From contig CAJINV010000002.1 of the NCBI GenBank assembly GCA_905178155.1, forward strand, positions 4,428,249 through 4,463,137: a DNA stretch of 34,889 bases, read 5' to 3'. A program made the translations under genes and the position numbers. How positions within the stretch are numbered: position 1 is the first letter of the stretch; every line of letters starts with the position of its first letter. The notes under the pieces are model-generated. The model did not search any database. It was not told the origin of the DNA and saw only the letters and a program-made list of their open reading frames with translations. This document shows, in pieces, positions 19,430 to 29,884 of this stretch. Origin of the DNA: Amoebophrya sp. A120. Lineage: Eukaryota; Protista; Dinoflagellata.

Positions 19430-19809
19430 TTTCTCGGTTTTTTTTGGCTCAATACACGACGTTTCACACAAGCAACCTGTTCCTGTGCATGAAAAATGAC
19501 AAACACAAGAACTACTTTTCTGAAACTGAAACAATGTCTTGTTTGCGTCACGTAGATGAAAATGTAGCTCTAAGAGCTAGGTGCTGCATGTTGATCAACA
19601 TCACATCATGATAAAACAGACGTTCGTTTTCGCGCGCAAACGCATGTTGCGGCGGGTGTATGCTGTGCAAAAGCGTTGCTTGATATTTTTTTTTAAATGT
19701 GCGACGTGCCATGGTAGTGGTTAAAAAGATTCGTGTCGCAATATGAAGCTTTTATTTGTCCCCTCGTAAAAATACTAGTATCTACTATTTTGTATAGCTG
19801 CATGACATC

Positions 19810-22308
19810 ATGGGCAGAAAGTCAGAGTCAGACACTTTTGCACCGCATACCGGACAGGATGAAATCAAGCCAGCGGAAGTCAAAGAAGCAGCGGGTGCAG
19901 CCACTATGAGAGCGCACAACTCCCCCTCCACGTCATAATTTGGAAGGGGGCATGAACAGCTTTCCTTCGTCAGCAAGAGTGCAGGTTTGGCATGACAAAT
20001 TTATTTATTGCGCAGGATTGTAGTGCTGTTTGGGCCTAGTGCCAGCACTTTTTGTAATGCAAACATTTCCTCTTAGAGGCGAGGCGTGAATATCAGTTTC
20101 GTTTTGCATGACAAATGAGGGGTTTTGATATGGTGCAGTCTGGTACGCATGACAAATGAGGGATGGTGGAGGAGGAGTTGTGCACTCTGATAGCTACGGA
20201 GAGCAGCGGTGCAGCAGCTGTCCAGCAGGAACCAACGGTGGTGGACATCGAGGGGTCCGGGACCGTTTCGAGTGATCGTAGGGGATCGGAAATTAGAAGA
20301 ACGCAGCATTGATGTTGTATTTCTCTTCAACTTGCATGCAGCAACGTCAAGACGAACGTATATTTGTTGAAAATGAAGAAAATGAAGAACTCGAACCCAA
20401 ACCTCCGCACGCCCCCCTAGTGCAGGATAAATGATGATGATGATGAACATGAACTTGTCATGCAACACCTACAGCTGCGTCTCTCTGCGCCAGTGGTCGC
20501 AGCCCCACCAATTCAGTCACAGTATACAACATTTTTATAAGTTTGAGCAGCTGTGGCTTAGGAAATGTTGAAGATTGTGAACAATGCCACTTCGTTCCTC
20601 TAGCATAAGCAGCGGTGCCAGCACCTGGGAAACGATTTCGAACTCGATTTACTCGGCGTTTCTGGGAACGAGCGGTATTGAGCTGTTCTTTTCACACGGT
20701 GCGTACACGTAGGACCTCGTCCGCATGACATTCTAGTGCGCTTCTACCCTATGATGTCGTTCCTTCTGGAATTTCGTGTTCTCTAAAATAATCAAACTGA
20801 AGGTGATCCTGCACAAAAAATCCCAGCAGATGTGATTGCTGACGGACAGAAACAAGAGGTGGGAGCAAAGCCGTCTTCGGCCATCGAAATGCAAACCGCG
20901 GGAGGAAAGCAAAGTGGAGACCAGAAAATGGAACGTAGTGGGAGTGATACAAGGACAACAGTTGTAGGATTGGAAGGCAGCACGGGGACTGCAACGGGTA
21001 TCAAATTGTTGACATTATTGAAATTCATTCCTCCAGACGCAAACTTGTGCGTGCTTATCTCAGGAGCTTCTGTATCTGTTTATGTGTGATTGCGAAATGT
21101 AGACTCTGACGCCAACGTTTGTTGCGAGACCGAATTAGAATTTGCAACTCGAGTATGAATGAACTCTGTTGTGAGACGGAATTTCATATTATAAAATTTA
21201 CGGAACTTGTTTGATTGAAACATCAGATACTCTTCCTTCATCAGCTGTTCCGTCGGCCTCTACAAATGATGTCGTCGCCGAAACTGCTATGGAAAAGCAA
21301 GATGCAAAAGCTGCACCTGCGTCGGTTATCGAAGTGAAGCCACCAGCTGCGGCTTCGACTGGTCAGGAAAGTGGGTTGGCGAAGAGCGGTACTGAACTGT
21401 TGAAGTTGATGTTTCTGTAACCATGCGTGTGATTTACCTGTGTTGGCACCTTGATACTTCTTACAAATTGCTATTGTATTTGCACGGATTCACTTGATGC
21501 GCGTGTCTTCACCACTTTCACAGAAACGCCGACGAGTGTCGCCTCGGATTCTGCAGACATCGCGTCAGCGAATGTTGAGCAGCAGCTGGATGAGCAGCGC
21601 AAACTATCATCGGCAACCGAAACAAAAACAGATGAATCGGGTTTCTCCACATCCTCTGCTGTGGAAAAACACACGACAGAAGCACAACTCGAGAAGCAGA
21701 ACGGCCCTAAAGCAGCAGGAGAAAGCGAGAAGAGCCAGATTGTAGCTGGAGGTCCCTCATCTGTCGTGTCTACTGCCGCAAGAACCGCTGCTGCGGAGCC
21801 GGCGAAGGTAGAGCAGGTTGAGCATGATCATGAACGACAAAGCAACGCGCAAACGAAGTTGCTGTCGTCCTCTACAAGCGGCGTTTCTTCTTCTGGTGCA
21901 GCTCCTTCGTCAGCTACCATGTCGATTTCGGGTTCTCCCGAATCGCAGGTGAAAACCCAAGAAACGAAAGCGGGGCATGCGCAGTCTTTGGAAATTGCCG
22001 GAAGCAGCCCGACTGACAGTGATGAACTGGATTCAACTACAACCAGACGAGCGGGTATTAAGGCGAAACAAGAACAATCCGGAAGCGGCACCGGAGATGA
22101 ACATGAAGGCGATGAATTAAAGGACTCAGTAGAGATGAAGGACGAAAATGCGCCAGCCGATGGCCGAACTGCGGGTGAAGTGGTGCTGGAGATGAAGAAA
22201 GGCAACAAAATAGTAGGAGACAGATGCAGCCAAGGTAGCGAATGTCTTTCGGGGAAGTGTAGCACATTTAAAGGAAAAAAGCAGTGCCGACCATCTAGTG
22301 GGGGTTGA
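19810..22308 (+). CDS. S/T/A/E-rich low-complexity protein with Cys-rich C-terminus; 5' structure uncertain
   Basis: Exons 20830-20997, 21227-21388 and 21524-22308 join through phase-1 GT-AG introns and end GDRCSQGSECLSGKCSTFKGKKQCRPSSGG*. A similar upstream module (19810-~20271, split by an introner) is probably part of the same gene. Confidence 0.6.
19905..20192. mobile_element. Introner family B
   Basis: TATGAGAGCGCACAACTCC / GGAGTTGTGCACTCTGATA; TSD GCCAC/GCTAC. Confidence 0.9.
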
Positions 22309-23175
22309 AATCACGGTGGGACTGTGTTGTCGCTCGCCGGTGAGTGGAAGAAGACAAAGTACTGTCGGAACCCAAGTACAAACTGGAATAGGATGTGAAG
22401 ATGCTTAAAATAGTGTATGATTGCAATACCCCCCCACAAAGGTGCACCTGCTTGCTTTTTATAATTTCGGCCTAGAGCACCCACATCCAGTTTCCTCCAG
22501 GAAGCCGTGCTGCTGCGTGTTCTTCTACAGGCAAATTCACAAGCGCGGCCTGAGTTGTGAACGAAAGAGGAGAGCATTGGGACGAGACAGAAAGAGGTCA
22601 ACGCTTCGTCTTTAGGCTTATGAGGCAGTATTGTAACTGTCTGCTTAGAAGTCGAAGTGCGAGTGCTACTGCTACATCGTGTGGCGCGAAGAATGAGCGA
22701 CGCCAAACGTCGGTTCGGAAATCATGAATTGTGAGGCCGCGGTAACGAAGATGTTGATGTAAATCATGCGCAGAAGCAAAAAGCTTTTAACTGATTTATC
22801 TTTATCACAATGATACGGATCTGCAGCATACTTTTCGTTTTCTGATGCATCCGCCGTCGAGGTTGCTCTTCAGAGTATGCTCCCCCAAGTCAGTATAGTA
22901 AGGTTTTGGAGCCCAGCAATAATTGCAATGGGCGGGCGTGCAAAAGCTTACCTATTACCGTATAAAAATCTTGCAGGAATTTTGCTTGAAGTTTTAGTTT
23001 ATCGAATTGAGTAGATCGCTTACACTCAAGGAGCATGACACCCGAAGCAAATTGAGCATAAAAAGTGTGAGGCCGACGAGTCGGATATTAATTTATAAAA
23101 GAACTACGACTACCCGGGAACTACGACTACCATCCGCAACTGCTATCAGAGATACATGTATCACGCCCGGCACGC

Positions 23176-24230
23176 ATGAATCCTTCATCCCCCGTCTCCC
23201 TCCAACGCCTCCTCGGGGAGGCCGTCGGCTGCTACGGGTGCGGCACGAAAAACCCCCACGGCTTCCAACTTCACAGCTACATCAAGCGGCTTTCGCATGA
23301 CAAATCTCCAGCGAAAAAAACCGCCGTCGCGGTGGAAAGTCTCTGGTACCCGAAAGAGTACCACTGCGGCCCTCCGGGGTTTCTGTACGGGGGGTTAAGC
23401 GCTTCTTTACTGGACTGCCTGGCGAACTGGGCGGCGGCGGTGCATCGAGGGGTGGAGGAACTGGGGGCACCAGGAGGCATACCTGAATCAGCTTCAGCTG
23501 GCCTTTCGTGGATTGCTGATGCAGATCATCGCTCGAATCGCCACGACGGCGACCTTCCCTCCTTCCTCACCGACCCAGAATTCCACCTCTCCACCGTCCG
23601 CGCACTGCAGGAAAAGAGCAGACACCTGCCGCTTCCGGTCACGGGATCGTTGCAACTGAAGTATCTGAAACCAGTGCCGATAAGAGTTATCGCGGACACC
23701 AGTACCACCGCCGGCGCCCATTCGGATGGAGCACCACCAGCACCTGGAGAAACGACTGAAGGCGGTGGCGGTGTTACAGTATGCTTTCCAAAAGTATCGT
23801 ACCGGTACGTAGTATAAATCAAAACTATACAACAAAGAACTGCCTCAGCATTACTTGTAATGCGGATTAACCTATAACAACAGGATTTGTAGTCGTAGTG
23901 CATAACTGCGATTACTAACTACGAGCGCGATACTTTTGCACAGGATATACAGCACCAACAACAAACGGCGTCTACCTCCACGCTCACGTAGAGAAAGCCG
24001 AGGGGCGGAAGTATTTCGTTTCGGGTGGGATTTTTGTCGAAAAACCGGAACAACCAATTGTCGTTTTAGATAACGCTGATCGTTCGTACAAGGATGCAGC
24101 GGTGACGTGTACCGCCGTGCTGATTTTTCCGAAACAGAAACTGGCTGATACAACCACTCCTAGCACTGGCAAGCAAGAAGTAGTTGAGCCCCAGATGAGA
24201 AATAGCGCAGAAATTCCCTCGCGGTTGTGA
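23176..24230 (+). CDS. PaaI-like hotdog-fold acyl-CoA thioesterase, 293 aa, C-terminal PTS1 (-SRL)
   Basis: CYGCGxxNPHG, HCGPPGFLYGGLSASLLDC, VTGSLQLKYLKPVP. After the introner: VYLHAHVEKAEGRKYFV..EIPSRL*. Exons of 604+278 nt are in frame. Confidence 0.88.
23780..23947. mobile_element. Introner family A
   Basis: TATGCTTTCCAAAAGTATCG / CGATACTTTTGCACAGGATA; TSD TACAG. Confidence 0.92.
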
Positions 24231-24342
24231 GGTGGAGCAAGGCTATTCGAAAAAGTTTCGCCAGAAGGATCTGCTCATCTTCCCTGTTCGTGATTCAGCT
24301 TGGGTGTTACGCGTGTTCGAGGACCGTCGAACAAACATAAAG

Positions 24343-26537
24343 ATGAGTGATGCTAGATCCATATCTCCAGCACCAGCACCGGGCGTTGCTTCACCTCCGT
24401 GTGAAGTTTTGATCTTTGACTGCGTTCTTCCCACCCGCTGCGCCCCAACTGTGGTGTCATTTGAGAATGAGATCAAGGTGAAAAACAAAGGTCTATGTCG
24501 CGGTTGTTCAGCAAACTGACTAGGTTGCACATGACAAACACAAATATCCACGTAAAATAATGTCCCTCGTCCTCTCGCCCGAGGATCAAAATAGCGGTTT
24601 CTTTTCGTCCCCCTCGCCAGGAGGTGGAGGCCACAATGCGACGGCATCGTCCCCAGACCACGCAGGCGGATTCGGCATGACAACTAGCGGAGTTATTCCT
24701 GCTCCCGATGGTCATCTCGCGCAAGGACAAGGCGGAACCAGCTACACCGAGGAGCAGCTTGCGGCGCAACAGTACATATGCATTGCAAATATGTCTGGGT
24801 CTGGAAACTTGCGATGCAAGGAAGGGAATAGCGAGCTCGCTGTAATTATACACTGCCAACCATGACAAGTTTTTTCCTGGTTCTAAATTGCGTACTCCGC
24901 ATGAGACGCTGCGTTTCCGCATGACAAGCGAGAGGAGCTCCATGCAGCCACGCAACACAGAGTCCAGTGTCATTCCAGACTAGCATGACAAGCCTCGCAA
25001 TCTCCCAGATCCAGACATATTTGCATTTGATAGTACATCGAGGAACACGACCTGGAAGAGCTCCTGGCCGGTTTAGTGAATCACATTCTAGCGCTTCGGC
25101 CCGGTAGTTCTTCGGCAACTAGAAGTACTTCTTTGAAAAACACGGTGGACACAGAACCGCAGGCCCTGCAGGCCGCTGCGCAGAATGTGCATGAGCATGA
25201 CAAATTCACCCCCGCCATCGCCGGCATTCTGTACTTGGCGCAGCGGGTGGACAGTCACGAGTTGCTGAAGAAACACGGAATATCCAGGAGTGCAAAAGTA
25301 TCGTATTCGTTTTCGTACTAGTTGCAGCAATCACGCATGACATTTCTTCCTTGTTTACCCAAAACTGCATCACAAATTCTTGCATTTTCATCTTTTGAGA
25401 AGATTTGTCATGCACCTGAAGCTGTTACTAGTACGATCGGTGGATCTTCCTTTTGCAATGCATACGGAATCACGATTGACAATGAGTTGGTGAACGCATT
25501 CCGCTTGCCGAGGGAGGCGGAGAGGGAGAGAGAAGCGAAGGCGAGGGAAAGAGGTATGGAATCCGGATCATGTTTCCTGCATGACAATTGGCAAAAGTAA
25601 TCTTCTTTCAGCATGACAGATTGCACCTCATCAAACTAACCAATAGCAATATCGAAAAAACACCTCCGCCCAGCCCTCACCGAACCGTTCGCGGATACCG
25701 TGTATCAAACGAAAAAGTGTTAACCTTAACTGTTTTTACAGTTGACAGCCATGCATTACAAATTTTGCCTGCCATGCATGCTACGCAATACAAATTTGCG
25801 CACTTTTTCTGATGCATCACTGCATCACAAATTCCGGTAACTTGGTTAACATTTTTTCTTGTGACACCGTGTGGGAAAAGCTCATCGCCCCGGCTCTGCG
25901 AGCAGGACAGTCTCTGCAAGCGGTTTTTGAGGAGAGCAATGGTGTCATTGGGGAATCTACAACGAGCAGCGACATGCTGTTGAACTTGAACACTGGTGGA
26001 AATAATATTAAAACGTCAACCTCTGGAGCCGCGACAATGATTGGTGCTGGAGCGAACAATATTTTGAAATCCACGAAGTTTTTCACCTGGCTGACCGAAG
26101 CGTTGCTGGATTTCACGAAAGGTGGTGCGACTAGTGTGGTTCTTCATCCGGACGGCGATGAAGGTGCTGGCCAACAACAAAAGTTGTCGTCAGGCAAGAA
26201 ACACAGTGACCACTACCAGCTAGAGCAGCTGCCCCAGGTAACACTCGATGAAGTCGCCGTCTACAGGATTAGCCTACTTGCGGAGAAAGAGCCGGACGTG
26301 GTTTTTGATTGCAAAGACGAAGAGGAGAAGACTTTTTTGGACTTCTTGCTGGATTACGACCCAACATCCTCTACCGATAAAAACACTGCAACAAAAAATA
26401 ATTCCAAGGAGAAACAAAACACCAATTTGGTACTGGCCGCTGCAAAAGCGGCTGCGAATTGGATTAAAAACAACAATTCCTCGGTGCTGGCGAATAGAAC
26501 GAAGAAGCCGGTCGGAGGGACGAGTAAGGAAAAGTGA
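24343..26537 (+). CDS. Hypothetical protein with RIIa/Dpy-30-like dimerisation-docking motif; start at 24343 or 24560
   Basis: Spliced AAQQY|IEEHDLEELLAGLVNHILALRP..GILYLAQR resembles a D/D domain. Three introners plus GT-AG intron 25554-25673 give a continuous frame to TGA 26537. Confidence 0.7.
24777..25032. mobile_element. Introner family C
   Basis: TATGCATTGCAAATATGTCTGGGTCTGG / CCAGATCCAGACATATTTGCATTTGATA; TSD GTACA. Confidence 0.92.
25281..25464. mobile_element. Introner family A
   Basis: TATCCAGGAGTGCAAAAG / CTTTTGCAATGCATA; TSD CGGAA. Confidence 0.9.
25703..25866. mobile_element. Introner family F
   Basis: TATCAAACGAAAAAGTGTTAACC / GGTTAACATTTTTTCTTGTGACA; TSD CCGTG. Confidence 0.88.
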
Positions 26538-27700
26538 GCAGGAGGCTGTACCCTATTGTGAAGATCGACATGGAGTAGACTGGAGTGCTATCGTGGTCTC
26601 TTTGTCTGAATAAAAACCAGCACACACAAGGTCACGAAATTCTTGCACGCCCAAACCTCCGAGTACAAAAGTATAACAATTCGGAAATGTGCCCACTTCT
26701 GTCGGAAATTGATTCCACCACGAGGACATGCGGCGTATACTAAACGCTGGTAGACCACTGGGCAGCTTGATACCTCCTACACTCTGCGCTGCCGGTCGTT
26801 GTTCATCTTCTCTCGTCGTTTTATTTTATGAACTCGCTTCATAAGGCCAGTATATCATTCGTTTGGCCAGCTGTTTTACTTTCAGTATCTCTCTCCAAAG
26901 ACACAGCTTTTCTTGTTTTCTCTGCAAACTTAAAGCGCCAGATATTATAAGTGCTTTTTCTTTATTGAAGAAGCGGGTAGCTTGTTGAGCAAGCTGAAAC
27001 TCGCCGCATCGTGGTGATCACACGTTGCAGTTTTTCTGATCGTCTTGATCCAGATCAACATCGATATTCCGCAGCGGAACACTGCTCACAAAGATCTGCT
27101 ATCTTGTCGTCAAGGTCACTCGTCTGGTCGGCGAAAATCTTTTTGTTGTTATAAACTTCATTTTTGCGCTAGTGAAAAAGAAGTTGGAATACTAGGACTT
27201 CTTACGAGGTGATCGTAGTTGACATTGACACACGTATTTACTACTTCTACATATTTATTTTTTCCTTTGTTCCGCATTTTTTCGTTATCCTGCTAGTAGA
27301 CACACTTTGTTCAATGAGGTTTACTTCTGTGCAGTAGTACTTGCGGCTATCGAGGACGACGAATAAAATGCGGTTGCCGACACCACCGCCCGTGCGGCTT
27401 GGTGTAACAGGAAGAAGCAGCTGACACATAGTTTAGTGTGGCATAAACTTCTGGTCTATCATTGTCGCAGCCTCGGCCACTACTGGATGAGCTGACCCCT
27501 GGGCCGTCGTTACCGCTTGTCTGACACAGACTTTGATCCGGCACTGTAAGGCTCGAAGAGAGCTGCAGGTCGCGTCCGGATCTTCACAGGTGGGACACCG
27601 ACGCACAACTACCAGAAGGAACTCAAGGCGGAATACTAAAACAAGAGGAACACCAATATTTTTAGCCCCCGAAAAAATAAGATAAGTTCGGACCTCCACC

Positions 27701-28974
27701 ATGTCGGAGTTACAGGGGAACATGGATCAACCTGGCATGAACACGCTGGATGAGCCGGTGATAGACACGATAAAAAGAGATGTAAACGCCATTGCCGAAA
27801 AGCTGCACTACGTGCTGTTACCGAAGGCACGGGTGGACAAGGTACAAGTTGCTTTTTTGTCTGATACGATCGTGATGTGATAATTGTGCATCACAGAGCA
27901 GATGGCGTGGTGTAGTATTAGCCACCCCGGCACATATGATTTCAATATTTCCCGCACGACCTCTTGTCAGGGCGCCGGCCTCCGAAAGTGGGATCTCTGG
28001 GGTCCCTTGTTTCTCTGCCTCGCCCTCTCCTATCAACTGTAAAAAAAGTGTCTGGGTCTGGAAGAATCCTACTTTTCATGCTGATTTTGGATTCTAAAAA
28101 AATAAAAATCTGTATTGCGTGAGCAGCAAAGAGAGTCCAAGTTTTGCTACACGGAAAGAGCATTTGTCATGCGGTATGGGCATCAGGAAGTCCTCACAAA
28201 ATCTGCGATGCTAGGGCATGCATCACAGACGTCAGGAGTCATGCAAAATGTGCATGACAAACCTGGCAATCTTCCAGACCCAGACACTTTTACATTTGAT
28301 ATCTCCACCGTCCTAGCCATGCAGGCACACAAGGAGCAGGCTGGGAGAGCCTTCGCCCTCGTGTTTATACTCGTGTGGTATAGAAGTACAAAAATGTTGT
28401 TGATACAATTTGTTCGCAAAGGCTTCTTGACAGATGTGTCGTATAATCGGATCTCATGTTACGCATGACAAGGCTGTTTGTTTTGTTGCATTAAAACAGA
28501 AGAAAAATCAGGGCCGGCTCCGGTGTCGTCACACTGAACACAGTGTTACTGAAGGGAAAAATCTCCTTTTTCCAGAGCGTGTGTGTCCTCGGGTACTGCA
28601 TCTTTCCGCTCGTCCTCGCAGCGGTCGCCTCGGCAATAGTATCGTGGAAGATACTGAAGGTAATGTTGTCGCTCAAGAGCATTTTCATGGAAATGGAATG
28701 CTATTCCTGCATGACAGATCCCGTCGCGGGATTATGTAAATGCATGACAAGTTCTTGTACAGTGAAAATCATGATTAGCATATGTATCGAATAAACTTTG
28801 TACCAAAAAAAACCACCCGCTCAGGTTATCTTCGTCGTCATTGGCTTCATATGGGCAACCGGCGCCTCTGTTGGGTTTATGAGCGACATTGTGCCAGAGG
28901 ACCGGAAAGCGCTAGGAGTGTACCCGGTATGGCTCTTCTACGTGGCAATAGCCTGGATGATTCTGCTCGCATAG
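27701..28974 (+). CDS. YIPF6: Yip1-domain Golgi membrane protein (YIPF6/Yip4-like), 5 exons
   Basis: NTLDEPVIDTIKRD..KLHYVLLP, LRKWDLWGPLFLCLAL, ISFFQSVCVLGYCIFPL, RKALGVYPVWLFY. GT-AG introns 27842-27970, 28378-28511 and 28660-28824, plus introner 28031-28301. Confidence 0.92.
28031..28301. mobile_element. Introner family C
   Basis: TATCAACTGTAAAAAAAGTGTCTGGGTCTGGAAG / CTTCCAGACCCAGACACTTTTACATTTGATA; TSD TCTCC. Confidence 0.93.
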
Positions 28975-29884
28975 TCAATTTTCGACAACTGCATCTTGAT
29001 GTTGGGGTGACTATGTCGTGGAATAAAGTTGTGGGTCAGTAGGGTACTATGTCCGACGAAGTCCAGCTTCCCTTGCCAGTCAGACGAAAACTTTCGCAAA
29101 AAAGCGAAACAGAAAAAAAAAAATCAAAATCATGGACTTGCACCCGTTCTTGCATCGTGTTCTAAAAAGCTGGTCCTTGTTGAATGCAACCATGAAAACA
29201 GATGAGAGCAGAGGATCATCATGGACAGTCAGTCTGAAAGAGCGGATATGGAAACGTCTTTCCAGGTGGTCCCGGTGCTTGTTTTCGGTACGTTTTTGAG
29301 TCGTCCGTATTGGCGACTATCCAGCAACATCTTCGTAGGATCCATAAAGGCTCTGACTGACAGTGTCAGTGGCTCGTGTTTTCGTCCTGTGCGGTTCGTT
29401 TCTCGTGTGCAAATCACCTTCAAATCATACACCGTAGTCGTAGATTCGATTGTTGCCATGCGCGACAAGATGAATCAGGCTCTTAAGCGAAGATCCACCT
29501 CTCACAAGCAGATACCGGTCGAACGATCTTTGTCACTCACTTCTCCTGTGCGAAAATTGCTATCAGGTTGAAATACGACTAGTAGTACGAGCTACAACAT
29601 ACTTTTTGTTGTCGTGGCGATAGTCATCATCACTTGTTTTTTACTTCGTAAGGCTGATTTTGATTTGTCTCCAGCGACATGTAAGTTTCAACAGCACCCA
29701 GGACCGCATTTGATTTTTCTACGATGTGAAAAATTGCAGATATTACTTAGCATTTAGACCCTCCCCGCCGCGCCCCCAGGGTGTTTCGTCTATCAATTTA
29801 TTTAGAGCAAGAGCTTAGTATATTTTTTTCTCCTACGACCATCAGTTAATTTGATGAATCAATCTCCAAGTTCATCGACAAACA

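Noticed and set aside
16425-19551. Long minus-strand ORFs (270 and 268 aa)
   Set aside because: Antisense shadows of the plus-strand MSTTS paralogs.
29221-29571. Overlapping ORFs on both strands between YIPF6 and ASCC1
   Set aside because: Short, with no homology recognised and no splice structure.
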